Shown here: piece after piece, positions 39,038 through 49,079 of the stretch
Position numbering within the stretch: position 1 is the stretch's first letter
Layout: each line of letters opens with the position of its first letter
Origin: Minisyncoccota bacterium
GTDB taxonomy: Bacteria > Patescibacteriota > Minisyncoccia > Phycocordibacterales > UBA6065
Direction of reading: 5' to 3'
DNA: 64,000 bases
Assembly (NCBI GenBank): GCA_036565605.1
Contig: DATCXV010000009.1
Span: forward strand, 4,977 to 68,976
Notes under the pieces: model-generated
What the model was told of the DNA's origin: nothing
What the model saw: only the letters and a program-made list of their open reading frames with translations
Database searches by the model: none
Position numbers and translations under genes: made by a program

Positions 39038-39364
39038 TTAGTTGCTGCAGGTATCGTCCGATGATTCTCCGCACGCTATTTCTGTGCACTGGATTTCGCC
39101 TGATTCACATTGCGCGAGGCATGTATCATCTGTGCACTTTGAAAAATCTGCCGCGTTTATAGAAAAGACTCGATAATTAGAGAGGTTGTTTGGCGGACAT
39201 TCATCAGTGTTTTCGCAATCTCGAACGAAACATGTCTGTGATGCTTCATCGCAAGGTGCTTCGACCAAAAAGTCATACGACTTATTTTTGTAGAATGTCG
39301 AATAGGAGTACCAGAAGACTGTAAGAACCATAGCGGCAAAAACTGTAAAAAGTATTTTGTTCAT
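39038..39364 (-). CDS. Membrane-anchored or exported Cys-rich protein (108 aa, 10 Cys)
   Basis: MNKILF... hydrophobic N-terminus; ATG overlaps the EamA stop (ATGA). Confidence 0.75.
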   Translation of the reverse strand: MNKILFTVFAAMVLTVFWYSYSTFYKNKSYDFLVEAPCDEASQTCFVRDCENTDECPPNNLSNYRVFSINAADFSKCTDDTCLAQCESGEIQCTEIACGESSDDTCSN

Positions 39365-40275
39365 ACGTTGTAAATCATATAAATACCAACACCCATGATG
39401 GCGATGCACAAGAGTTTTTGTGCCAGATGGCCGCGTGCAATTTTTTCAGTGAGTATATGTGGAAAGTACAGTGAAAGTACAAGTCCAAGCGTAAACACGA
39501 AAAGTGGCTGGAACGAATAGTTAACAAGCAGCACGAGCGATATTGGAGCCAGAAGCATTGCGAAATAGTTGATGGCATTAGCGATTACCAAAAGAAGCTC
39601 GGTCGCGATGTTTATGCCAAGGATGGATTTGTGTTTGGTTAAGATGATCCGCAAAGCATCTTCTCTGTAGCGGCGAACACAGAGGAAAAAAGCAAGACCA
39701 AAGGCCGCAACGCCAATTTGATTCCAAAAAAATGATGATATGAACGAAGTGTCTGCTCCGATTTTCTTGAAAAGCGTGTCACTTATGGCGAAGCACAAGC
39801 TGGATAAGGTCATTAATAGGACCGGCCGAAATTTAGGTCGGAAATCTCGTTCAAATTCAAGCGAGAGTACTGCCGCCCCTGCAATTATGATAATACCCCC
39901 AAGGATCTGCTGTCGCGATAGTATTTCTCCGAGAAAAAAGTACCCGAGAATGTAAGCAAAAACTGGTGAAAGCTGCCAGAACGGTACGACATACGACGGA
40001 TCGTCTTTTTCGAGCGCTTTCATGGCGAAGAAATTTCCGAGTGTTATAGCAACACCCGAAAGCGCAAGTATGATCCGGTCTCCGGATGGTACTGTAAACA
40101 GAGTGTGGTCAAAGAAAAGAATTACCGGCAAAAAGAGAACCGGAAAAAGAGATGAGAATGTGATAAGCCCACCCACCCCGCTGATCGAAGGGAATTTCGA
40201 TACAAGGTATTTATCTGCGTGATTAAGGAAGCTCCAAATAAGCGGAGCGGTGGCTGCAAGGATAAACCAGACCAT
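39361..40275 (-). CDS. EamA/DMT-family transporter
   Basis: ~10 TM; VVPFWQLSPVF..ILG..FLGE repeat motif; TATGAT 6 nt before ATG 40275. Confidence 0.9.
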   Translation of the reverse strand: MVWFILAATAPLIWSFLNHADKYLVSKFPSISGVGGLITFSSLFPVLFLPVILFFDHTLFTVPSGDRIILALSGVAITLGNFFAMKALEKDDPSYVVPFWQLSPVFAYILGYFFLGEILSRQQILGGIIIIAGAAVLSLEFERDFRPKFRPVLLMTLSSLCFAISDTLFKKIGADTSFISSFFWNQIGVAAFGLAFFLCVRRYREDALRIILTKHKSILGINIATELLLVIANAINYFAMLLAPISLVLLVNYSFQPLFVFTLGLVLSLYFPHILTEKIARGHLAQKLLCIAIMGVGIYMIYNV

Positions 40276-40350
40276 ATTCAGATCATAGCACATCCAAAGT
40301 CCGTATTGTCCAGCAAATAAAAAGCGCCGCATTTCTGCGGCGCCTCGATA

Positions 40351-42144
40351 TCACGAATTCTTTTCTCTTTGCGGCGGAGTAAAAAATTCGCGACATATTT
40401 TTCCTTCCAGGAAGTCAGAGTACGCGTCGATGTTCAATAGTTTCTTATGCGTTCCTTCCGCGACCACCTTTCCTCCTGAAAGGAAGATGAGGTGATCAGA
40501 GGTAAGGATGCTTGGCGACTTATGGGCGATCATCACGCATGTAGCGTTCTGCTCGGCTATATATCGCCGCAAAGCCTCGTTCACTTTCCTGTCGTTCTCG
40601 GGGTCAAGGCCGCTCGTTGGTTCGTCCAAAAGAAGCAATCTCGCGTTCCGGTGCCTTACTTGTGCCATTGCTATGCGTTGCGCTTGGCCTCCAGAGAGAC
40701 CAAAGTCGTCACCTGACAGAATGGCATTATAGCCCTCGGGACCGAACCGATCCTTGAACTCGCTCACATTCATCTGATCCATGACGTGCTCGAACATTTC
40801 AGGTGTGACTTTGCTTGCACTGCCATTAAGGCCGAACAAGACATTGTCTCGTACTGAAACATCATTCCATAAATGAAGGTACGGATTTTGCCATACTACC
40901 CCCGTATGCGCTTGCCATTGGCGCTGATCGATATCGCGCAGACGTGTGTTTCCGACATAGATATCGCCTCGTTCCGGAACATACATGCCCATTAACAGTC
41001 GAAGGCATGTAGATTTACCTGAACCAGATGATCCGATGATGCCTGTCATTTTTCCGTACGGAATCCTGAAGGTGCAATCCTGCAGATCCCACTTGATGCC
41101 TTCCTGGTAATAACGGAACCACACATGCTCGAAGCGAATATCGCCATCGGGCACTGGACGGTTCTGAATCTCCAGTCGGCTCGGCTCTGGCTCTGGTTTT
41201 GTAGAAAGCATACCGAAGTACTTTTCTACCTGCTCATCATTTTTATGGGAGAGCTCTGAATGGATCGTGTTGAAGCTTGCCATGGTCTCGAAGATCGAGA
41301 GGACAAGCCACATCACCACCACGAACGACACAGCGTTGAACGAGCTGTATGCCGAAAGAATGGCACACAGCCCGACAACTGCTATCTGTCCGAGGCCAGG
41401 TATGCTCTCGTGAGAGAGTTCTGCTTTCACTTGTTTGCGAGCCAGACGGATACCTTCGATACACGCCTTGTCGATACGCTGTGCATACTTTGCAATAAGC
41501 GACTCTTCGACGCCATTAAGGCGTGTTATCGTCACTTTCTGTATCATTTCCCTGAACTTGGCGGTTATTTTAATGCACTCTGTATTGTGTTCGGACATCT
41601 CGAGCGATGTCGTCTGTGCGCTTCGATGCCATACATACAGGTATGTAACCGAAAGCATTGTAATGACGACGGCCGAACGCCATTCGACAACCGCCAAAAC
41701 CGTGATCAGGACTACGGCTTTTACGAGAAGCGGAATTGCTTCTCTGAAAACCGTATCCATGAACGCGTTGATGGCTGTCTCGCCTTCCGAAAGCACTGTC
41801 GCAATATAGCCGCTATCGAGGCCCACAAGATCTTGGATCGGAAATGTGTGAACTTTCTCTGCCGCAAACAAAAGTATGCGAACTTGTGGCCCATACGCGA
41901 CGCGTGTTTTGAACACGATCTTCTGGGCCCAATGTGTAAAGGCCTGATAGAAGATCGCGATGCAAAGCAGTGCTGCGTATCCGCTGTCGATCGAACCTCC
42001 CTTCAACATGTTGGCAATAAAGTACCACTGCACCAGGGGCGCAGTGGTACTCAGACAATTAAGGATGCAATAGAAGACCATGTAGCCGCGATACGGCTTC
42101 ACAAGTCCCCACACCTGACGGATTCGAGTGAGGTAAGCTTTCAC
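40351..42144 (-). CDS. ABC exporter (fused TMD-NBD)
   Basis: GSSGSGKS, LSGGQAQR, LDEPTSGLD, IAH. Confidence 0.92.
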   Translation of the reverse strand: MKAYLTRIRQVWGLVKPYRGYMVFYCILNCLSTTAPLVQWYFIANMLKGGSIDSGYAALLCIAIFYQAFTHWAQKIVFKTRVAYGPQVRILLFAAEKVHTFPIQDLVGLDSGYIATVLSEGETAINAFMDTVFREAIPLLVKAVVLITVLAVVEWRSAVVITMLSVTYLYVWHRSAQTTSLEMSEHNTECIKITAKFREMIQKVTITRLNGVEESLIAKYAQRIDKACIEGIRLARKQVKAELSHESIPGLGQIAVVGLCAILSAYSSFNAVSFVVVMWLVLSIFETMASFNTIHSELSHKNDEQVEKYFGMLSTKPEPEPSRLEIQNRPVPDGDIRFEHVWFRYYQEGIKWDLQDCTFRIPYGKMTGIIGSSGSGKSTCLRLLMGMYVPERGDIYVGNTRLRDIDQRQWQAHTGVVWQNPYLHLWNDVSVRDNVLFGLNGSASKVTPEMFEHVMDQMNVSEFKDRFGPEGYNAILSGDDFGLSGGQAQRIAMAQVRHRNARLLLLDEPTSGLDPENDRKVNEALRRYIAEQNATCVMIAHKSPSILTSDHLIFLSGGKVVAEGTHKKLLNIDAYSDFLEGKICREFFTPPQREKNS

Positions 42145-42276
42145 GAACCGGACCTTTCGTTGGATTGTTGAGTTGAGCTGACGTTAGAACTAAAAAGACC
42201 AAAGTGCCAAAAGGGCTCTTTCTAGCCTTATTACGCCGCTTGGTGTCGCTTTGTTCGATACACTTTAGTAAAGTAG

Positions 42277-42303
42277 AAAAAAGAGCCTCCGAAGAGGCTC
42301 TTT
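42277..42303. terminator. Intrinsic terminator between the ABC genes
   Basis: AAAAAAGAGCCTC-CGAA-GAGGCTCTTT. Confidence 0.8.
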
Positions 42304-42306
42304 GAA

Positions 42307-44133
42307 TCAACTGAACATACTTACTTCCCGTGTTACCAATGTTCGGTATTCCACGCAGGACCTCATCAGTTCTTCGTGGTTACCGATACCGGCGATGCCT
42401 CCTTGTCGGAACACGATGATTTGATCGGCATGACGGATAGTCGACAGGCGGTGTGCAATGATAATACTGGTTCTGCCTGCCATTGCATCCCGCATAGCCT
42501 GATGGACCAGCGCCTCATTCTCCGGATCCAAAGCATTTGTTGCTTCGTCCAGAATGATAAGGCTCGGCTCCCTCATGAGCGCTCGCCCAATGGCGATGCG
42601 TTGGCGCTGTCCGCCAGAGAGTTGAACGCCGTTTTCACCGATTAAGGTGTCGAAGCGTTTTGATCCCAGACGCGGATAGAACTCGTCGATGCGCGCGATC
42701 TTAGCGATCCGGTCCAAGTCCTCGTCAGTTACAAACTGCGCAGAGCCGTTAAGGCCATACGTCAGATTGTAGCGAACAGTCTCGTCCCAGAGTTTTGGAT
42801 CTTGCTCGACCGTTCCCACTGACTTTCGCCAATGGTGAAGATCAAGCAGCTTCAAATCGTTTCCATCAATAAGGATTTGGCCTTCATCGGGATCGTATCC
42901 ACGCAAGGTCAGTCCAATTACGGTCGACTTGCCGGAACCGGAAGGTCCCACAAGAGCGCAGGTTGAGCCGGCTTTGATTCTAAACGAGAGGTTATTGACC
43001 GCGATCGGTCGCTCACCCTCTTCTTCTGCCGATTCGTCCTCTTCGTCGTCATCGTGCTTGCTCACGAACTGATGTTCGGGATAGCGAAATGACACGTTAC
43101 GGAACTCGATCTCGCCTCGGAAGGCTTTTGGCCGAATGGGATTCTCGACAACACTGATTGCTGGGGGCATATCGACAAGATCGAAATACCGTCCAATCAG
43201 TACATTATTCTTGGAGATTTGCCGTTGGAGCGAACCGACCATCGACAACGCACTGAAAGCGTGAGATGCCCATCCAAAAGCGATAACAATCGCACCGGCC
43301 GATACCTTGCCCTGAGAAGCCAGATAGATGCCGACGAATGTTATACCGATCTGACCCAAGTGAGAAAACGGTTCGCGAAAAACATGAATCAAACCAACAT
43401 AGCGCACCCAGAGGGCGCGACCAAAGTCGTTGCATTCCTTTTCCTGCGCAGCAAATTCCCGCTTGAGACGCTCTTCTTGCCCACACACCATAACGAGACG
43501 CAGATTTTTGATCCGCTCCCAATATGTTGTGCCAAGCTTGTTCTCCATCTTGGCGTGCCGTTTGATATCCGGCAACAGCCTCTTGTTGATGAGGTAGCTT
43601 GATGTGACATAGAAGATGACCGACGTGATTGCAACCAGTCCCATTAAGGGACTGATATAGACCAACGCGATCGCAGCGACCACTACACGCAAGAGAGCTG
43701 ACACAACTTGTGTAAGGAGGAGATCGACCATTTGTGACAAGGCGACTTCTCCCTTTTTGATCACATCATGCTTGAAGCCTGAATTCTGATTGGTAATCTG
43801 GCCGATCGAAAGACGGCTGATTCCCGTAAGAGTCGTGTCAGATGCGACTTCTCCATTATCGTAAGCAACCTTTTTCAGGTATTGCTTGTCGAGAAAGAAG
43901 TAGATCACACCGCGAATTTCCATGGCCACGAAGGTTGCTGCGATAAGCCACATCTGCTTTGAAAGCGGATGATGGTTCACAACTCCATCGATGATGAAGC
44001 CGTTCAAGAACGGCACCACAAGTGCTGCCGCCTGGCTTATCGAATCCCAAATCATGGCATTTCGTAACGACGGATGAAGAGGCCGATAGACCTCGCGAAT
44101 CCGCCGTAGGCGGTTCTTGGTACTTATCTTCAC
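42307..44133 (-). CDS. ABC exporter (fused TMD-NBD)
   Basis: GPSGSGKS, LSGGQRQR, LDEAT.ALD, IAHRLST; AAGGAG before GTG 44133. Confidence 0.94.
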   Translation of the reverse strand: MKISTKNRLRRIREVYRPLHPSLRNAMIWDSISQAAALVVPFLNGFIIDGVVNHHPLSKQMWLIAATFVAMEIRGVIYFFLDKQYLKKVAYDNGEVASDTTLTGISRLSIGQITNQNSGFKHDVIKKGEVALSQMVDLLLTQVVSALLRVVVAAIALVYISPLMGLVAITSVIFYVTSSYLINKRLLPDIKRHAKMENKLGTTYWERIKNLRLVMVCGQEERLKREFAAQEKECNDFGRALWVRYVGLIHVFREPFSHLGQIGITFVGIYLASQGKVSAGAIVIAFGWASHAFSALSMVGSLQRQISKNNVLIGRYFDLVDMPPAISVVENPIRPKAFRGEIEFRNVSFRYPEHQFVSKHDDDEEDESAEEEGERPIAVNNLSFRIKAGSTCALVGPSGSGKSTVIGLTLRGYDPDEGQILIDGNDLKLLDLHHWRKSVGTVEQDPKLWDETVRYNLTYGLNGSAQFVTDEDLDRIAKIARIDEFYPRLGSKRFDTLIGENGVQLSGGQRQRIAIGRALMREPSLIILDEATNALDPENEALVHQAMRDAMAGRTSIIIAHRLSTIRHADQIIVFRQGGIAGIGNHEELMRSCVEYRTLVTREVSMFS

Positions 44134-44178
44134 TGAGTACTCCTTTGGTTGGGGGTTGAGTTGAAAAGAACTATTCTG

Positions 44179-44361
44179 AAAATAAACACACCGTGCTTGT
44201 CGCACGGTGTGTCAAATACTCGATGAGGATCAAGTGCTTACGACACCATGCGACAACGGCAAACTGCAGGCGCGACAAAATGCGCGTTCGGAGTTCCTTT
44301 GCGGTTGTGCATATACAAAATCATGTACGAATATCTTAACACAAATACACCACGGATGCAA
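44179..44361 (-). promoter_or_regulatory. Leader-peptide transcription attenuator
   Basis: Promoter TTGCAT-17-TAAGAT, 28-codon uORF 44324-44238, mutually exclusive 14-bp antiterminator and 11-bp terminator. Confidence 0.7.
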
Positions 44362-44381
44362 GCGGCGTCCGATGTGCAGAT

Positions 44382-45476
44382 CTATATCCCCTCTTTCTTA
44401 AGGCTCTCTACAGCCTTCTTTGCTTCCTTGGATAGTCTTTTTGGCATCGTTACGTGAACGACGACCAACGCATCGCCGCGGCCGCGGCTTGTGGGAACTC
44501 CCTTGCTGCGTACACGCAGGATTTCGCCTTCGGCAGTACCTTCTGGAATCTTCAATTCGATATCTCCGTCCAGCGTCTTAAGCGGATAGGTCATGCCCAA
44601 AAGCGCGTCGGACAATTTGATATCCACTTCGCAGACCAGATTCGTACCCTCTTTGCGCCACAGCGAGTGCTTTTTGACGTGTATGCGGATGTACAGGTCC
44701 CCCGGTTCGCCGCCGGAAATCGCTTCACCTGCCTTTGACAGACGGATCATTTCGCCGTCGTCGAGTCCAGCCGGGATCTTTACTTTGATCTCTTGATTGC
44801 GCTTGCGGACGCCGGCACCCTTGCAGACTGGACATTTTTCTTCCGGTTCGCTGCCTTTGCCGTGACAAGTTGGACACGTGGTCGTTGCTTGGAACGAGCC
44901 CAAGATCGAGCGCTTCACTTCTGTTACGCGGCCTGAGCCGGAACAGGTGTGGCACGTCTTCATTTTCGAACCTGGTTTTGCGCCCGAGCCGGCACAGTTT
45001 TCGCAGGCCGACATTTTGTTAAGGACGATCGATTTTTCGACACCAAAGATCGATTCCTCGAATGTTATATCAACGTCAACTTGAATGTCAGAACCTTTGA
45101 CCGGCCTTTGCGAACGACCGCCGCCGAACATCGAACCAAAGATGTCGCCGAGGTCGAATTCAACGCCACCGTTCTGTCCGAAGCCTGCGTTTTGGAAACC
45201 TGAAAAGTCGAAGCCGAAGTCGTTCGGATTGAAGCCTGCGCCACCAAAGCCACTGCCTCCCATACCTGGCCCCGCTGAACCGAATTGGTCGTATTGGGAG
45301 CGCTTCTTCTCGTCTGAAAGCACCGAATACGCCTCGTTTACTTCTTTGAATTTGTCGGCATCACCGCCGGATTTATCCGGATGATACTGATGCGCGAGCT
45401 TCCTGAACGCCTTTTTGATGTCGTCTTGCGACGCGTTCTTTTCGACGCCGAGGGTCTTGTAATAATCTTTTGACAT
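44382..45476 (-). CDS. dnaJ: Chaperone DnaJ
   Basis: J-domain HPD, G/F region, four CxxCxGxG repeats. Confidence 0.98.
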   Translation of the reverse strand: MSKDYYKTLGVEKNASQDDIKKAFRKLAHQYHPDKSGGDADKFKEVNEAYSVLSDEKKRSQYDQFGSAGPGMGGSGFGGAGFNPNDFGFDFSGFQNAGFGQNGGVEFDLGDIFGSMFGGGRSQRPVKGSDIQVDVDITFEESIFGVEKSIVLNKMSACENCAGSGAKPGSKMKTCHTCSGSGRVTEVKRSILGSFQATTTCPTCHGKGSEPEEKCPVCKGAGVRKRNQEIKVKIPAGLDDGEMIRLSKAGEAISGGEPGDLYIRIHVKKHSLWRKEGTNLVCEVDIKLSDALLGMTYPLKTLDGDIELKIPEGTAEGEILRVRSKGVPTSRGRGDALVVVHVTMPKRLSKEAKKAVESLKKEGI

Positions 45477-45581
45477 TATTTTCTGGAGAAACAAACTTGC
45501 TTAGTCCGTAAACTCAAGCAGACACCCTCTTCCCCACGACCCCATGGTCATGAGGAATGGCTGTCTGCTTTTTATTTCAAC

Positions 45582-47486
45582 TTACTTCTTTTCCGTGTAC
45601 TCAGCGTCCTTCACACCATCCTTACCGTCATCTTTCTTCTGATCACCTCCCTGCTGACTCTGACTGTTCTGGCCAGCCGCCTGCTGTGCTTTCATCATGG
45701 CTTCGCCAATCTTCTGCATCGATGTAGATAGTGCTTCGGAAGCTTTCTTGATCGCTTCAACATCTGTGCCTTCCTTGGCTTTCTTCAGATCCGCGATCTT
45801 GGCTTCGACGTCGGACTTCACATCGGCAGGAACTTTGTCTCCGCCGTCTTTAAGGGACTTTTCAGCAGTATAAATCATTTGCTCTGCAATGTTACGAGTC
45901 TCGACTTCGGACTTTTTCTTTTCGTCTTCAGCAGCGTTCATTTCCGCATCCTTCTTCATGCGTTCGATGTCTTCCTTGGATAGGCCTGACGAACCTTGGA
46001 TCTTGATCGACTGCTCTTTACCGGTCGATTTCTCCTTGGCCTTGACGTTCAAGATGCCGTTTGCGTCGATATCGAAGGTCACTTCGACCTGTGGGACGCC
46101 ACGTGGAGCTGGCGGAATGCCGTCGAGGATGAACTTACCCAGCGATTTGTTGTCTTTCGCCATCGCACGGTCTCCTTGGACGACGTGGATCTCTACCGAA
46201 GTTTGATTATCTGCCGCGGTCGAGAACACCTGTGATCGCGAGGCTGGGATCGTGGTGTTCTTCTCGATCAACTTCGTCGCCACGCCACCCATGGTTTCGA
46301 TGCCAAAGGAAAGTGGAATAACATCGAGAAGGAGCACGTCTTTGACATCACCCTTCAAAACGCCACCCTGAATAGCTGCGCCCAAAGCGACCACTTCATC
46401 CGGGTTCACGCCCATGTGCGGCTTCTTTTTGAAGTAGTCTTCGACAGCTTTCTGCATGGCGGGCATGCGGGTCTGGCCGCCGACCAGGATCACTTCGTTG
46501 ATGTCGCCCAAGTTGAACGGAGACGCTTCCATGGCACGCTTAGTGATCATCATGGCGCGGTCAATGAATTCAGCACAAAGCTCTTCAAGCTTTGCACGAG
46601 TCATTTTTTTAACCAAGTGAAGTGGACCGTCCGAACCGACCGAGATGAACGGAATATTGATCTCGGTTTCGACGGCGGTTGAAAGCTCGATCTTTGCCTT
46701 TTCGGCCGCATCGTCGAGGCGCTGTTTTGCAAGTGTGTCTTTGCGCAGGTCTACGCCGTTCTCCTTCTGAAACTCTTCAGCAAGCCAGTTGATAATTTTC
46801 TGGTCGATGTCTTTGCCGCCCAGGTGCGCGTCACCGTCGGTCGATTTCACTTCGATGACGTCGTCGCCTACTTCCAGAACGGAAATATCGAAGGTACCAC
46901 CACCAAAGTCGAAGACGACGATCTTCTCGTCTTTCTTTTTGTTGAAGCCGTATGCAAGAGCAGCGGCGGTCGGTTCATTAATGATGCGCTTTACATCAAG
47001 ACCTGCGATCTTGCCGGCGTCTTTGGTTGCCTGACGCTGCGAGTCGTTGAAATATGCAGGCACCGTAATGACCGCTTCGGTCACCGGTTCGCCCAGGCGT
47101 GCCTCGGCATCCGCCTTCAATTTGGCCAAGATCATGGCCGACATTTCTTCTGGGCGGTACCACTTGTCACCCATCTTTACTTCAATGCCGCCATTTTCGG
47201 ACTTGCGCGATTCGAATGGAACCGACGCGACGTCCTTCTGTACTCCTGGTTCGTCCCACGAGTGGCCGATGAAGCGCTTGATCTGATAAACCGTGTTCTT
47301 CGGGTTTGTCACTGACTGGCGCTTGGCGATTACGCCAACGACACGCTCCTTGGTTTTGGTTTCCGCGACGATTGACGGCGTCGTGCGCATGCCTTCGGCA
47401 TTTTCAAGAATCTTGGCCTCACCTCCTTCCATAACTGCAACGGCCGAGTTCGTGGTACCAAGATCGATACCAATTATTTTAGACAT
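45582..47486 (-). CDS. dnaK: Chaperone DnaK
   Basis: [37 protein letters not shown]. Confidence 0.99.
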   Translation of the reverse strand: MSKIIGIDLGTTNSAVAVMEGGEAKILENAEGMRTTPSIVAETKTKERVVGVIAKRQSVTNPKNTVYQIKRFIGHSWDEPGVQKDVASVPFESRKSENGGIEVKMGDKWYRPEEMSAMILAKLKADAEARLGEPVTEAVITVPAYFNDSQRQATKDAGKIAGLDVKRIINEPTAAALAYGFNKKKDEKIVVFDFGGGTFDISVLEVGDDVIEVKSTDGDAHLGGKDIDQKIINWLAEEFQKENGVDLRKDTLAKQRLDDAAEKAKIELSTAVETEINIPFISVGSDGPLHLVKKMTRAKLEELCAEFIDRAMMITKRAMEASPFNLGDINEVILVGGQTRMPAMQKAVEDYFKKKPHMGVNPDEVVALGAAIQGGVLKGDVKDVLLLDVIPLSFGIETMGGVATKLIEKNTTIPASRSQVFSTAADNQTSVEIHVVQGDRAMAKDNKSLGKFILDGIPPAPRGVPQVEVTFDIDANGILNVKAKEKSTGKEQSIKIQGSSGLSKEDIERMKKDAEMNAAEDEKKKSEVETRNIAEQMIYTAEKSLKDGGDKVPADVKSDVEAKIADLKKAKEGTDVEAIKKASEALSTSMQKIGEAMMKAQQAAGQNSQSQQGGDQKKDDGKDGVKDAEYTEKK

Positions 47487-47543
47487 AGTTTGTGAGCTTA
47501 ACGTTCGGTAATAGAAAAGCACGGCGAAATGCCGTACAAGGCG

Positions 47544-47846
47544 TTAAGCAATTGCAGGCGCGCGCGGAGGTTGGTTTACGAGAAAGACCAGGGTGTATAC
47601 AAAGGGCGCGACATAAGTCTGAAATACAGCCTTAGCAGCCAATAATGGCGCGCGCGTAAAGGCAGCTGGAAGGGTCAAAACGGCATCTTCCTTGGCCATC
47701 TGCGCAGGTGCCGTCTTAGTACCGAGGAAGCGCACTTCCACCGCTCCACCCATGTTTATGAGAGCAAAGAAAGCAAAAACCGATTCTCCGTTTCCGAGAA
47801 CCACTTCTTTGCTGACTATGTGAACTTTGGGTTGCTGGATGAGCAT
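47544..47846 (-). CDS. 100-aa hypothetical protein upstream of dnaK, C-terminus QPPRAPAIA
   Basis: ORF fills the grpE-dnaK gap; TACTAT 6 nt before ATG 47846. Confidence 0.75.
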   Translation of the reverse strand: MLIQQPKVHIVSKEVVLGNGESVFAFFALINMGGAVEVRFLGTKTAPAQMAKEDAVLTLPAAFTRAPLLAAKAVFQTYVAPFVYTLVFLVNQPPRAPAIA

Positions 47847-47874
47847 CGCTTGATAGTACGTATGATATCCGATC

Positions 47875-48333
47875 TTACTTTCCTTCCACAACAACGACCT
47901 TTGCCGGACGGATCAGTTTGGCGCCGAGTATGTATCCTTTTTCAATGACTTTCAGTATGGTGTCAGGTTTCGCGCCCTCTGACTTTTCATATTTTATAGC
48001 TTCGTGCTTGGAATGATCGAAAGACTCACCTAATGGATTGATTTCCTTCAAACCGTTCTGCTCGAGCACGCCCTTGAGCTGGTTATAAATGTACTCGATA
48101 CCTGCACGCCAATTTTTGTCAGCCTTTTCCCAGGCTTCTTTATTCGAGAATGCCATTTCAAAAGACTGAAGAACGGGCAAAAGCTCTTCGATCAGTCCTT
48201 CGTTTGCCATGGTGCGGAAATCAGCCATGGTGGCTTCGGACTGTTTCTTGAAATTGGCGAAGTCCGCTTTGGCGCGTTGCCAGCCCGCAAGATATTCGTC
48301 GCGCTCGGCGGTGATTTTTTCAATATCGCTCAT
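47875..48333 (-). CDS. grpE: Nucleotide exchange factor GrpE (short N-terminus)
   Basis: QRAKADF.N, LLPVL, FD...HEA, KGY......IRPAKV.V. Confidence 0.95.
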   Translation of the reverse strand: MSDIEKITAERDEYLAGWQRAKADFANFKKQSEATMADFRTMANEGLIEELLPVLQSFEMAFSNKEAWEKADKNWRAGIEYIYNQLKGVLEQNGLKEINPLGESFDHSKHEAIKYEKSEGAKPDTILKVIEKGYILGAKLIRPAKVVVVEGK

Positions 48334-48421
48334 ATGGTTTTGACATTTTAATGATGCGGAGATAACCTGTCAATGGGTCAGTATCGCTCATCAACCTCAA
48401 CGTATCAAAACGTATCCCAAA

Positions 48422-48760
48422 ATGAGTTCATTGCAGTCAGTAGTAGATTTCCGTCAAACTGGAAGCTTCTCCTCTAACAGATTCCTTATTAGTCTTCCCT
48501 TGCCCGTTGAATATCCAAGCAAGGGTTGTCCCTTAAGGAAAATGTTCGAGATCGAAGGCAATTACCGTGCTCCGCGCCGTGGCGCCCAGCTTCAGGTACC
48601 AGGTCTTGGCAATTTGTTTGTTGCTGCGATCTCGTGGGAGCCACGCAAAGGTGGCGCTCGGCAGATTGTGACCATGGACATGGCTCCAGGGGGTACACGT
48701 ATTAGGCTCCCGGACGAGGAAACGATGCAGGCGCTCGGTTACGAACTCTTCACTAACTGA
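48422..48760 (+). CDS. Hypothetical protein
   Basis: 112-aa ORF divergent from grpE, terminator 48782-48812. Confidence 0.55.
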   Translation: MSSLQSVVDFRQTGSFSSNRFLISLPLPVEYPSKGCPLRKMFEIEGNYRAPRRGAQLQVPGLGNLFVAAISWEPRKGGARQIVTMDMAPGGTRIRLPDEETMQALGYELFTN

Positions 48761-48825
48761 CGGACCGCTTCTCTTTATATGAAACCGATCGCAAAGAAGC
48801 GATCGGTTTTTTTATCTCCCTTTAA

Positions 48826-49047
48826 TTAAATCGCTCTCCACGTTGAACCCGTACATACTTCGAGAGTTGAACTGTGCCAGCGTATCGTGCCAGCTGTGTC
48901 TGGAGCGTGATCATTAATGGAATTAAAGCTGATCCAACCAATATTCGGCGACCATGCCCACCCAACCAAATTGTGTTCGGTACCGGCGTGCACGAAAATC
49001 GGCACCAAGAAAAGTGGGATTACTAAAAATAGCTTCCGCAAGGACAT
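48826..49047 (-). CDS. Short secreted protein, possibly an internally deleted surface-protein gene
   Basis: Signal peptide, GWAWSPNIGWISF motif, then GTIRW...LEVCTGSTWRAI tail. Confidence 0.55.
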   Translation of the reverse strand: MSLRKLFLVIPLFLVPIFVHAGTEHNLVGWAWSPNIGWISFNSINDHAPDTAGTIRWHSSTLEVCTGSTWRAI

Positions 49048-49079
49048 AGATCAAGGAAGGTATATCATTAATTTGTGAC

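Noticed and set aside
41260-42171. 303-aa + strand ORF
   Set aside because: Antisense shadow of an ABC transporter gene; no motifs
47847-48421. CIRCE operator or hrcA at the grpE-dnaK locus
   Set aside because: No TTAGCACTC-N9-GAGTGCTAA seen and no hrcA in the window
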